64,000 bases of DNA, taken from the NCBI GenBank assembly GCA_965214095.1, contig OZ243938.1, positions 2,240,001 through 2,304,000 on the forward strand. The letters are read 5' to 3'. Every line of letters starts with the position of its first letter. Position 1 is the first letter of the stretch. This DNA is from Candidatus Poribacteria bacterium (GTDB lineage Bacteria; Poribacteria; WGA-4E; WGA-3G). The notes under the pieces are model-generated. The model made no database searches. It was not told the origin of the DNA and saw only the letters and a program-made list of their open reading frames with translations. The translations under genes were made by a program, and so were the position numbers. This document shows, in pieces, positions 8,582-17,943 of this stretch.

Positions 8582-11560
8582 TTATTTTTCAAGGTTAAAA
8601 TGAAGCATACCGTTGTTTGCTGTGCCAACGTAAAGGATGTTACCCTCAATTGCAAGAGAGGTAATGTGATTAGGTATCTCCGAGACCATCTGTTTCCAAC
8701 TACCGCTTTCCAAGCGATAAACACCTGTGGTTTTGGTGATTCCATAGAGAGTCGCTCCATCAACAGCCATGTGCGCCATGATGAGATTTGTCCCATCTGT
8801 ATCGGTGACATCCCGCCAATTTTTCCCGTCATCTGATGAAGTTACACCTGCATCTGTTGCCACATACACGGTGGAACCCACAAACACAATCTCATTGAAA
8901 ACGTTAACAGGAAACGGTAGAGCTGATGTGAAATCAAGCCAATTAGTTCCCTTATCAAACGATGCGACAAGATGACCATCACGTTTCCCGACATAAACAG
9001 TATTTCCTGATGCTGCAAGTTTGAGATCTTTCTTTGCTATATCCAATGACAATTCAACAGTTTCTTCTTGTTCGGTATCATACCATTCTATATCCCCATG
9101 TTCCCATCGGAAAAGTTTAAAATTGTATTCCAAATAGAATGTCCCACCACTGACAGTTAACGCACCCTGTAAACCTTCCCGTATTAGGACCCGCTGTATT
9201 CGTTTATCCACTTTAACCAATTGCTTAAAGAATTGGTTTGCACCTGAAAAGTTGTTTTGTAATTGTTCAACAGATTGTTTCCTAAACAGTGCAACATCCA
9301 GTGGTTCAAAGTGGTCTGAGTCAAAAAGTGGTATATCCTGAATCCGCACGAACGTTCTACCATTTGCAGACAGGTGATATGGACTGACTCTATCCCCGCT
9401 TTCGCCGTTATAATTTACACTTGCATAAATTACGCCATCAGATTTGACTATATGATTAATATAGGGGGATGATTCTCTATGCGGTTTCGACATGAGTATT
9501 TCAACAGGAACGTTCATCCAAGACTTACCATTGTCCGCAGTTTTTATCACATCTGCTCCGAGTCTTCCATACAGAGTTGTCACTTCGTTTTGTTCATTAG
9601 CGTCACCCCTATCCACGACGAGATCATATAGAAATCCCTTATCCTTATCTGGAGTGATGTTCACCATGTTCCACGATTTACCGCTATCAGTTGAACGATA
9701 AAGACCATCGTTACTACCGACATAAATAGTATCTGAATTCACTACGACAGCAGGACTTATACTATCCATAAGAGGTGAGATGTCTGCTAATTGTGGAGAT
9801 AACCATGTGTATCCTCCATCGAGAGATCGTACCATGCCTCTCTCCATCAATAAAAGTGTCTCTCCGGCAGCAATTAGTTTTGCATCAGGTATAAAACCAT
9901 TTACTGCCCACGCGTTTATAGGGGTTATGTCATGCCACATATCTCCGAGTTTACTTCCGCGAAATACACCCCAACCTCGTTCATGTCCTCGCGCTACTTT
10001 CGCAGGAACATCCCAACCTTCACTAAGTTCTGCCAATACATAAACATACTCTTTATTAGTTGTAACTGAATACACCTGTTTGATTGACTCTGGTAATTTC
10101 ATGCGTTTCCACCCGTTGTCGTCCAAACGATAAAATCCGTCTACTGTTCCGGCAAAAAGTGTGTTTTTAACTTCAACTAAAGAATTAATTCCCGACAATC
10201 CATTACTAATACTTTGCCAAGTCTTGCCCCAATCTTTGGAACTATAAACACCACTGTCAAAAGCAATATAGAATGCGTGGTCCGTTAGAATCAACCCAAT
10301 AGGATTCTGATGCTTTTCCTTCCAAGAGTAAAGTAAATCCCATGTTTTTCCATCATCTGTTGACTCGTAAAGTTCAGAAGAGGGTAAAAAATACAAAGTC
10401 TTGTTCCACGTTCCAAGCAGTTGTTGTTGTCCCGATGGAATTTGATACAAAGATTCAATGTTAGAGATGTCTTGCCACCCTTTCCCGTTGGCAGGTAATT
10501 TGTAGATCTTCCCAGAAGACGGAATAAGCGTATACAGATCACCATCAGGCGATGCAAGAAAACTATGTGCGGAACTACCAAACATCGGTTTAGACGGTAT
10601 CCACACTTGCTTAGGAACAGAATTGTCTTCTCCTTCTGCTTCTGCAGCAGCCAATAGAACTTCTTCGGATTTCTTACCGAGACTATCGCTTACACTAAGG
10701 ACATTTGGATTACCAGGTTGATTTAATTCATCCTGCTTTGCATCTACATTCTGTACAATAGACGCGTCAACAATTTCTACTGTCATTTCAGCCTGAGCAT
10801 CTAAACTATAAGGTTTTTGGAAACGTGTTAAGTATTGACTGCCAATGCCGAACATCAAAACAACCATTACTATACTTGATACAGTAATTGCCCATGGCAT
10901 TATAGGTTTGCTCCCGGTAGGTGCTCCCGGTCTTAGTCTTGCTACCTTCTCCATGATATTACCTGTTAGGTTCGGTGAAATCTGAAAATGGTCAAGTGCT
11001 TCTCTAATCATCGTCTCCTCCTTTTGTAGACGGTTCCGCGCACGTTGCAATCGACTTTTGATTGTGCCCGCAGACACACCCAAAAATCGACTAATCTCCT
11101 CAACCGTCATTTCACCAAGATAATGGAGCGTCATTACTGTGCGTTCACTCTCTTTCAATTTCGCAAGCAGTTTTTTCACAATATCGCGTTGTGTCTGATT
11201 CGCAGTTTTTGCGCGCTCTTCTGCGACATGTTGTGAATAAGCATCTTCCTGTAGCATCGTTGTCTCAGTCTCCTCTAAAGGTTGCGTTTTTATCCGATTT
11301 TTGCGGATCCATGTGGCACAAAGACGTGTTGTGATTACATACATCCACCCAGAAAACATTTTTGGATCTTTCAGGGTATGAAGGCTCTGATATATGATAA
11401 GAAAAACATCTTGGGTGATATCTTCAGCAGTGTGAAAATCCCCTAATTTTCGCCAAGCAAGTGCGTGAACCGATTTTTGATACTTTTCTACAAGTTCAGC
11501 GAATGCTGTTTGATCATCATCAAGAATTCGTCGGATGAGTTCAACATCGTCGTTTTTCAT
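8582..11560 (-). CDS. ECF sigma-70 factor fused to a transmembrane helix and a large beta-propeller (BNR/Asp-box) domain
   Basis: Sigma2 (AFAELV.KYQ, AEDITQDVF, FSGW.Y.I) and sigma4 (EISRFLGVSAGTIKSRLQRAR); hydrophobic WAITVSSIVMVVLMFGIG; repeated S.D.GKTW Asp-boxes. Confidence 0.88.
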   Translation of the reverse strand: MKNDDVELIRRILDDDQTAFAELVEKYQKSVHALAWRKLGDFHTAEDITQDVFLIIYQSLHTLKDPKMFSGWMYVITTRLCATWIRKNRIKTQPLEETETTMLQEDAYSQHVAEERAKTANQTQRDIVKKLLAKLKESERTVMTLHYLGEMTVEEISRFLGVSAGTIKSRLQRARNRLQKEETMIREALDHFQISPNLTGNIMEKVARLRPGAPTGSKPIMPWAITVSSIVMVVLMFGIGSQYLTRFQKPYSLDAQAEMTVEIVDASIVQNVDAKQDELNQPGNPNVLSVSDSLGKKSEEVLLAAAEAEGEDNSVPKQVWIPSKPMFGSSAHSFLASPDGDLYTLIPSSGKIYKLPANGKGWQDISNIESLYQIPSGQQQLLGTWNKTLYFLPSSELYESTDDGKTWDLLYSWKEKHQNPIGLILTDHAFYIAFDSGVYSSKDWGKTWQSISNGLSGINSLVEVKNTLFAGTVDGFYRLDDNGWKRMKLPESIKQVYSVTTNKEYVYVLAELSEGWDVPAKVARGHERGWGVFRGSKLGDMWHDITPINAWAVNGFIPDAKLIAAGETLLLMERGMVRSLDGGYTWLSPQLADISPLMDSISPAVVVNSDTIYVGSNDGLYRSTDSGKSWNMVNITPDKDKGFLYDLVVDRGDANEQNEVTTLYGRLGADVIKTADNGKSWMNVPVEILMSKPHRESSPYINHIVKSDGVIYASVNYNGESGDRVSPYHLSANGRTFVRIQDIPLFDSDHFEPLDVALFRKQSVEQLQNNFSGANQFFKQLVKVDKRIQRVLIREGLQGALTVSGGTFYLEYNFKLFRWEHGDIEWYDTEQEETVELSLDIAKKDLKLAASGNTVYVGKRDGHLVASFDKGTNWLDFTSALPFPVNVFNEIVFVGSTVYVATDAGVTSSDDGKNWRDVTDTDGTNLIMAHMAVDGATLYGITKTTGVYRLESGSWKQMVSEIPNHITSLAIEGNILYVGTANNGMLHFNLEK

Positions 11561-11611
11561 TTGCTATCTCCAAAAAGCAAGAGTGTGATTTATCATATAT
11601 CAAATTATAAT

Positions 11612-11639
11612 GTCGCAAATTAGGAGGAAAACGGTTGCA
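11612..11639 (-). promoter_or_regulatory. Possible ECF-type autoregulatory promoter
   Basis: TGCAAC...CGAC with ECF-like spacing about 50 nt upstream of the ECF start codon. Confidence 0.3.
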
Positions 11640-11880
11640 TAATTCTTAAAAGGAGATATTATTCTTGTGAAAAAAGAGTTTAGGATAGAATGTGGTTAGA
11701 TCTGCGTGTCATTAATAGTGTCTATATGATTAGAGACTATACTGCAGTATAGCAACACCTTAATTAACCTTCAAGTCCGAATTAGGATACAGATTTTCCT
11801 ATATCAAAACACAAAGATTTGATAAAATAACTGTCAATTCACTTCAATAATCAGAAATCGATAAAGGAACAACAATAGAA

Positions 11881-13341
11881 ATGGAAAACCGACCAAACAT
11901 TTTATGGTATTGCACAGACCAACAACGATTTGACACCATTGGAGCATTAGGCAACCCGCACATCCACACACCACGACTGGACGAATTTGTTAGCCAATCA
12001 ACGTCATTTACACACGCCTATTGCCAGTCACCTATTTGCACACCCTCTCGTGCAAGCTTCATGACTGGTATGTATCCTTCAGCCATTAGCGTCACCGGTA
12101 ACGGCAACCCAGTTTTTCCAGAATATTATGAAGATAGGTTAATCTCACATGTGCTTGCAAACAACGGTTATGACTGCGGTTTGATCGGGAAACTCCATCT
12201 TGCAAGTGCCTTTGATGGACAGGAAAACCGTGTTAACGACGGCTATCGCTACTTCCAATATAGCCACGACCACGGTAAACCGAAGGCTTATGGACATGAA
12301 TACGCGGATTGGTTACGCGAACAAGGTGAAGACCTTGGAAAATTATTACAACAACGAGTCGTCAATCAAAAACCGAAGAAAAAGACAGGACAATTTCCTG
12401 AACCCACACCAGATTGCGATAATATACCACCACATCTACATCAAACCTTCTGGTGCACCGAAAAAACAATTGAATTTATTAACAAAAACCGAAAGAAAGA
12501 TCAACCTTGGATGCTAAACATAAATCCATTCGACCCCCATCCCGGATTTGATGCACCTTGGGAATATTACCGTCGCTACGACCCAGAAACATTACCCGGC
12601 TGCCACTATCAAGAAAGCGATATTGCCTTTCAGAATAAATTAACAAACGCAGGTATCGATTTTCAATCACAGGCAAAACCACCCGAAGAGTGGGACCATA
12701 AACAGATGCAGGCTTCTTATTATGCCATGATTGAACAACTTGACCACGACTTCGGACGGATACTTGACCACCTTGACGCTGAGGGACTTCGGGAAAATAC
12801 TATTGTCATCTTTACTTCTGATCACGGAGAATCACTCGGTGACCATGGTTTAGCACATAAAGGATGCCGTTTCTATGAAGGATTGGCAAGAGTGCCGCTT
12901 GTTATCTCTTATCCCACGCATTTTTTAGAAAACGTCCGAACTGAAGCACTTGTAGAACTGCTTGATATTGTTCCAACACTATATGACATATTAGGTATTG
13001 ACATCCCCTATTATGTCCAAGGAAAATCACTTGCACCATTGTTGTGTGGCGATGCACCTGTATCTGAACACAGAGAGGCAGTACGTTCTGAATTTTTCGG
13101 AGCACTTTCAACTGAAGACCAGACACACGCGACAATGTACCGAGACAGACATTGGAAACTCGTCACCTACCATCAAAAAGGTATATGCGAATTATATGAC
13201 CTTGAAAATGACCCGTGGGAACACAACGATCTTTCCGAACATACCGATTATCAAGATATCAAATGGGAACTGTTCCAAAAGAGTTTTGATGCAACTGTCT
13301 ACGCACATCCACAGATGATACCTCGTGTCGCTTCACATTAG
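11881..13341 (+). CDS. Sulfatase (Cys-type, formylglycine-dependent)
   Basis: RPNIL...TDQQR, CTPSRAS.MTG, GKLHL, DPHP, FTSDHGE.LGDHG...KG, ELYDL..DP.E. Confidence 0.93.
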   Translation: MENRPNILWYCTDQQRFDTIGALGNPHIHTPRLDEFVSQSTSFTHAYCQSPICTPSRASFMTGMYPSAISVTGNGNPVFPEYYEDRLISHVLANNGYDCGLIGKLHLASAFDGQENRVNDGYRYFQYSHDHGKPKAYGHEYADWLREQGEDLGKLLQQRVVNQKPKKKTGQFPEPTPDCDNIPPHLHQTFWCTEKTIEFINKNRKKDQPWMLNINPFDPHPGFDAPWEYYRRYDPETLPGCHYQESDIAFQNKLTNAGIDFQSQAKPPEEWDHKQMQASYYAMIEQLDHDFGRILDHLDAEGLRENTIVIFTSDHGESLGDHGLAHKGCRFYEGLARVPLVISYPTHFLENVRTEALVELLDIVPTLYDILGIDIPYYVQGKSLAPLLCGDAPVSEHREAVRSEFFGALSTEDQTHATMYRDRHWKLVTYHQKGICELYDLENDPWEHNDLSEHTDYQDIKWELFQKSFDATVYAHPQMIPRVASH

Positions 13342-13375
13342 TGTATGGGTTGAACCTTCAAAGAGGTAGAAATAG

Positions 13376-15286
13376 ATGACCCCAAGAGCCGTTCTCATCG
13401 GGTTAGCACTCGTCATCGTTCAAACAGCAATCACTCCATACAATGACTACTACCTTCAAGGAACAGACATCTCTGGTAACCACTTTCCATTAGGTGCAGT
13501 ATTCACGCTCATTTTTCTGACATTTGTCATCAATGCCATCGTGAAGAAGATATTACCAAAAGCGATGTTCAGTCCGGCAGAACTCATAGTCATTTGGATA
13601 ATGATGTGCGTAAGTTCAGCTATCCCTTCAAAAGGAATGATCGGATTTTTGCTGCCATATTTAGCCGCACCTGTCTATTTCGCTACATCTGAAAACGAGT
13701 GGGCAGAAACACTCCATCCACACCTACCTGAATGGTTAATCGTATGGGACAAAAGTGCTGTCACCAATTTCTACGAAGGAGAGTCGGTCGTTCCATGGCT
13801 ACTCTGGATAAAACCGATAATCGTGTGGTCCGTTTTTATCCTACTCCTCTATTTTCTAACTATCTGTGTCTCAATTGTTCTACGAAAACAGTGGGTAGAA
13901 CGCGAAAGATTTATATTTCCGCTTGTGACTGTCCCCGTAGAGTTGGTTCAGCAATCCGCAACGCAAGCCAAATTAGGTTCTCTTTTCAACAAAAAACTCG
14001 TATGGATAGGCTTTGGCATCGCTGCAGCTTTTCATCTACTCAACGGATTGCACGAGTATATACCTGCACTCCCCTCCATCCCAAATCGTTACGACCTATA
14101 CGCACCATTCACCGAACGTCCGTGGATTGTGATGAGATGGTGGCCCCAATTCAGATTCTTCCTATACTTCTCTGTTATCGGCATAACATATTTTCTTGCA
14201 ATGGACGTGTCGTTTAGTTGTTGGTTCTTCTTTCTGGTTTTCAAGCTTCAATATATCATAATCAACGCATTTGCAATCCCTATCAGTCCTTGGATATGTG
14301 CAAGAGGGCAGACAATGGCAGCTTATGTTGTAATGGTGATCGCTTTTCTCATTAACAGCCGCGCACACATCATGGACATTCTGAAACGCACATTCACCAA
14401 ATCCTCCTATACAAATATTGACGACACTAATGAAGTACTACCCTATAGATGGGCAGTTTTTGGAGGTCTCATCAGTTTTCTACTGCTTATCATGCTGTGT
14501 GCTTATGCGGGGATGTCGTTGTGGGTCGCGTGTAGTATCATTGTTCTGTTCCTAATTGTTTCCACTGCGTTGTCATGGATGGTAGTCAATGGTGGCATGT
14601 TGCTAATTCAAGCTCCGATGTATCCCGTAGAATATTTTGAGATTGTTACCGGTTCAAGAATCATCAACGCTAACAGTTTAGCACTCTTAGGATTTCAACG
14701 CGTCATGATGCGCGACTGGGGAGGTATTCTAATGCCGAGCGTTCTGCACGGGTTCAAAGCCGCAGACCCTGTCGGAGTAAATCGCAAAAAAATTCTCGGA
14801 GCAATGATGCTTGCAATCGTAGTCGCAATTGGTGTTTCTTTCGCTGCATCCCTACCACTGATATATGACAAAGGTGGCGTAAATCTGCAAAGGGGGCCAT
14901 TCATCGGAGCACCAAGATACTTCAACCACATCGTTTCCCTAATCCAATATCCCAAGGATATGAAATTAGGTGAAGCATACAGCATGCTATTAGGTGTTGG
15001 CATCACATCATTTCTACTCATCATGCAACGGCAATTTATGTGGTGGCAGCTGCACCCAATCGGTTATGTGATGGGAGCAGTATATTCCTCATATTTCCTC
15101 TGGTCCTGTATCTTTATCGGATGGTTTGTGAAGTTCTTAATCCTAAAATCAGGTGGAATAGGATATTATCGGCGGTACCGACCACTATTTATGGGATTGA
15201 TAGTCGGTGAATTTGGCATCGTCGGCGCGTGGATGGTGCTGGGAATGTTCACAGGTGTGAACTACCAAAATGCACTGCCAGGGTAA
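13376..15286 (+). CDS. Large polytopic membrane protein, putative transporter (DUF6785/DUF6784-like), paralog 1
   Basis: Many hydrophobic segments; motifs ATSENEW, FYEGE, LRKQW.E.ER..FP, DVSFSCWFF, HPIGY, GLIVGE shared with 17944 and 57269 ORFs. Confidence 0.75.
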   Translation: MTPRAVLIGLALVIVQTAITPYNDYYLQGTDISGNHFPLGAVFTLIFLTFVINAIVKKILPKAMFSPAELIVIWIMMCVSSAIPSKGMIGFLLPYLAAPVYFATSENEWAETLHPHLPEWLIVWDKSAVTNFYEGESVVPWLLWIKPIIVWSVFILLLYFLTICVSIVLRKQWVERERFIFPLVTVPVELVQQSATQAKLGSLFNKKLVWIGFGIAAAFHLLNGLHEYIPALPSIPNRYDLYAPFTERPWIVMRWWPQFRFFLYFSVIGITYFLAMDVSFSCWFFFLVFKLQYIIINAFAIPISPWICARGQTMAAYVVMVIAFLINSRAHIMDILKRTFTKSSYTNIDDTNEVLPYRWAVFGGLISFLLLIMLCAYAGMSLWVACSIIVLFLIVSTALSWMVVNGGMLLIQAPMYPVEYFEIVTGSRIINANSLALLGFQRVMMRDWGGILMPSVLHGFKAADPVGVNRKKILGAMMLAIVVAIGVSFAASLPLIYDKGGVNLQRGPFIGAPRYFNHIVSLIQYPKDMKLGEAYSMLLGVGITSFLLIMQRQFMWWQLHPIGYVMGAVYSSYFLWSCIFIGWFVKFLILKSGGIGYYRRYRPLFMGLIVGEFGIVGAWMVLGMFTGVNYQNALPG

Positions 15287-15432
15287 TCCACTTGTTATTA
15301 TACCATTTCTAATTAAGAACACACAATTATAGAAATAGCTGGTTAGTAGTCGCGCAATTCATTACACCTCGGACATTCTCTGCCTTAACCTAACCTACAA
15401 TTTACTTCATTTCTCTTATACCAAACTCACTT

Positions 15433-15569
15433 TATAGTAAAAACCATAATTATTTACACACTACGGTAGGTTCGGTTTCCTAACCGAACCGGTGTTTATT
15501 CAGTTTCATAGATGCGGTTAGGAAACCGCATCTACCGAGGAGTGTGCACGTATTTTACATTTCACTATA
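15433..15569. repeat. TATAGT-bounded MITE-like element carrying two inverted GTAG-REP hairpins (copy 3)
   Basis: Arms TATAGTAAAA..ACACT / AGTGT..TTCACTATA; REPs GTAG-GTTCGGTTTCCTAACCGAACC (15466-15490) and an inverted copy ending CTAC (15509-15535). Confidence 0.65.
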
Positions 15570-15791
15570 AAACCAAATTACCATTGAAATCCATTTTCTT
15601 GTTGTATAATTTTACAAATATTGTTAATATGCAATGTTATAGACAGTTTGAAAATACATGAGACAAACTCACGTTAAAATATGCAACACCCATTATTGTT
15701 TAATGGTGAATGTATTGAAAAGAATTGTGCCAATGCAAAAGGCACAAAAACTATATTCCGGAATCAAACTTCCATTATGGAGGAAACGAAG

Positions 15792-16592
15792 ATGAAATTT
15801 AGAAATCAGAGTAATACTTTACTACTATGTTTAGGTATCCTCATATTTGTGTTGTCTGTCACTGCTATCAGTCATGCCCGTGTCATTGAAGATGCAAATG
15901 TTGAAGTTGTCTACCTATTTGACGAAGGAGAAGGTGATGTCGCTTATGATTCATCTCCAAACGGACGCGATGGAACAATCATAGGTGCACAATGGGTAGA
16001 TGCTGTTTATGGAACCGGACTACAGTATGATGGCGAAGATGATAACCTGATTATTGATGGATATGCCGGGGTAGGGGGTACAGACCCACGGACTATCCTT
16101 TTCTGGTTTAAATCAGATTCCACAAGACAACATTCATGGGTCAAATGGGGACCGAATACTGCTGGGGCAAAATATTACATCCGAGCACACCCAGCAGGTG
16201 AAGAATGCTTCTTGAGAATTGAGGTTAACGGTGGACAAAATTACGGGAACGATAATGTCTGTGACGGCGAATGGCATCATTGTGCATTGGTTTTTCCCAA
16301 CGGTTCAGATTCTGTCCAAGACCACCACCTATATGTTGATGGTAATCTTCAAGAAAAGATTGGTAATGATCATGTGATGGACACGGGTGCTCAAGAACAA
16401 GTTGTGAACATTGGTGCCCGTCTCACTGGACACCATTTTTTACACGGTATTATGGATGAACTCGCAATTCTAAGCACTGACTTGGATGCAGATCAGATAA
16501 ATGATATAAAAGAAAACGGCTTGCATGGTTCTGTCAGTGTTGACCCGAAAGGAAAATTAGCCACCAGTTGGGCAAGAATTAAAAAGTATTAG
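15792..16592 (+). CDS. Secreted LamG/concanavalin A-like (jellyroll) protein
   Basis: Start MKFRNQ at 15792 after GGAGG; signal peptide; YLFDEGEG..AYDSS.NG, DGEWHH.ALV, LYVDG, G.MDE; C-terminal VDPKGKLATSWARIK. Confidence 0.85.
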   Translation: MKFRNQSNTLLLCLGILIFVLSVTAISHARVIEDANVEVVYLFDEGEGDVAYDSSPNGRDGTIIGAQWVDAVYGTGLQYDGEDDNLIIDGYAGVGGTDPRTILFWFKSDSTRQHSWVKWGPNTAGAKYYIRAHPAGEECFLRIEVNGGQNYGNDNVCDGEWHHCALVFPNGSDSVQDHHLYVDGNLQEKIGNDHVMDTGAQEQVVNIGARLTGHHFLHGIMDELAILSTDLDADQINDIKENGLHGSVSVDPKGKLATSWARIKKY

Positions 16593-16618
16593 TCTAATTC
16601 AAGACTTGCACACAAACG

Positions 16619-16648
16619 GTAGGCGCGCTTTGTAAGCGCGCCTCTTTG
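16619..16648 (+). terminator. GTAG-REP-type hairpin, possible terminator
   Basis: AGGCGCGCTT-TGT-AAGCGCGCCT followed by CTTT directly after the LamG gene. Confidence 0.5.
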
Positions 16649-16821
16649 CATTGCACACGGATACCATGTCCCACACTACTGTAGTACGGGTTTTCCGCTC
16701 CCCGCACTCCCGTTTACATCCACAACAATTCCATCTACCGTGCTGGCCGTGGATGTACGACTGAAAATGGCCGTGTGAATATTAATTGAATTTTAAGGAA
16801 CTGACATTTAGAGGAATATGA

Positions 16822-17655
16822 ATGGCAATATTGACAGACGCACACCGTGACCATTTTGATGAATATGGATATATGGCAATTGAAAATGCAGTACCGATTG
16901 CGCTGTGTGAAGCAGTCGTTGACGCAATTTTTGCATTCTTGGAGATGGACCCATCCGACTCGAATGATTGGTATCGCGCACCTCACAAACCCGGTGCCGG
17001 TATGGTAGAAATGTACTTTCATCAGGCGATGTGGAACGTGTACCAGCATCCACCGATCTATCAAATCTATACCGAGGTGTATGGCACTGAACGTATTTGG
17101 GTGCACATAGATAGAGTCAACATGAAACCGCCCAAACATCCTGATTATCCCGAATGGGATCACAAAGGGATGTATCATTGGGATGCGGATACATCAAAAC
17201 TACCTGTACATTTCAGCACACAAGGGGTTTTGTTTCTAAGAGATACCGCAGAAAATCAAGGGTCTTTTGTATGTTGGCCCGGGGCACATAAGTCACTAAT
17301 AGATGAAGAGAATCCGTGGGTGCCTGAATTGACACCGGAAGTATATAGAGAGAAATTTGTCCAAGTGCCAGCCAAAGCAGGTTCATTATTGATCTGGCAT
17401 ATAGCACTTCCACACGGAAATGGTCGCAACACGTCTGATAAACCTAGACTGGCACAATACATGAACTATTACCGAGCACCAAATCCAATGAATGAGGAAC
17501 GTCGTCAGGAGCGACTTACTCTGTGGAGAGAACGCAGAGCATTAGGACACGGACCCTATCCTGGTGACCCACGCGGCTGGGAAGCGAAAAACTACGGATC
17601 ACCAGAATTGACTCCTTTAGGACGAAAACTCTTAGGTGTTGATTTGTGGGATTAA
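16822..17655 (+). CDS. Phytanoyl-CoA dioxygenase (PhyH) family Fe(II)/2OG oxygenase
   Basis: F.E.GY..IENA, H.D motif (YHWD), KAGSLLIWH..LPHG.G.N.S..PR. Confidence 0.88.
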   Translation: MAILTDAHRDHFDEYGYMAIENAVPIALCEAVVDAIFAFLEMDPSDSNDWYRAPHKPGAGMVEMYFHQAMWNVYQHPPIYQIYTEVYGTERIWVHIDRVNMKPPKHPDYPEWDHKGMYHWDADTSKLPVHFSTQGVLFLRDTAENQGSFVCWPGAHKSLIDEENPWVPELTPEVYREKFVQVPAKAGSLLIWHIALPHGNGRNTSDKPRLAQYMNYYRAPNPMNEERRQERLTLWRERRALGHGPYPGDPRGWEAKNYGSPELTPLGRKLLGVDLWD

Positions 17656-17715
17656 CGTGGAAAAAATGATTTATTATGCAACGGAAACCTTGGATTTTCT
17701 ATTATGGTAATAGAT

Positions 17716-17931
17716 TTATTTTTGAAGTGGTCCGAAGTCTATGTTGTAAAAATTAAGCAGCCAAACACAGATACCTAACAGAAAAAGTGGAATACAGATA
17801 AGGAGGATAAGAATAAAGAAACCCCATACCCACGCTCCTTTGGACTTTGCTACCGTTGCCAAACGTGCGATCAACATTCCACCACCGATTATTATAACGA
17901 CTACAAACCCAAAAACCATCATCACCATTTT
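17716..17931 (-). CDS. Small hypothetical two-TM membrane protein
   Basis: Two strongly hydrophobic segments; fills the gap between PhyH and the next gene; start uncertain. Confidence 0.4.
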   Translation of the reverse strand, partial: KMVMMVFGFVVVIIIGGGMLIARLATVAKSKGAWVWGFFILILLICIPLFLLGICVWLLNFYNIDFGPLQK

Positions 17932-17943
17932 TCTTTTCTCTCT

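Noticed and set aside
8339-8836. ORFs 8339..8836 (+) and 8359..8832 (-) as a possible tnpA
   Set aside because: No HUH or catalytic Tyr motif; they cross the IS left end and overlap the ECF gene
15433-15569. REP clusters here and at 36055-36270 as CRISPR arrays
   Set aside because: Repeats are few, inverted and irregularly spaced; no cas genes
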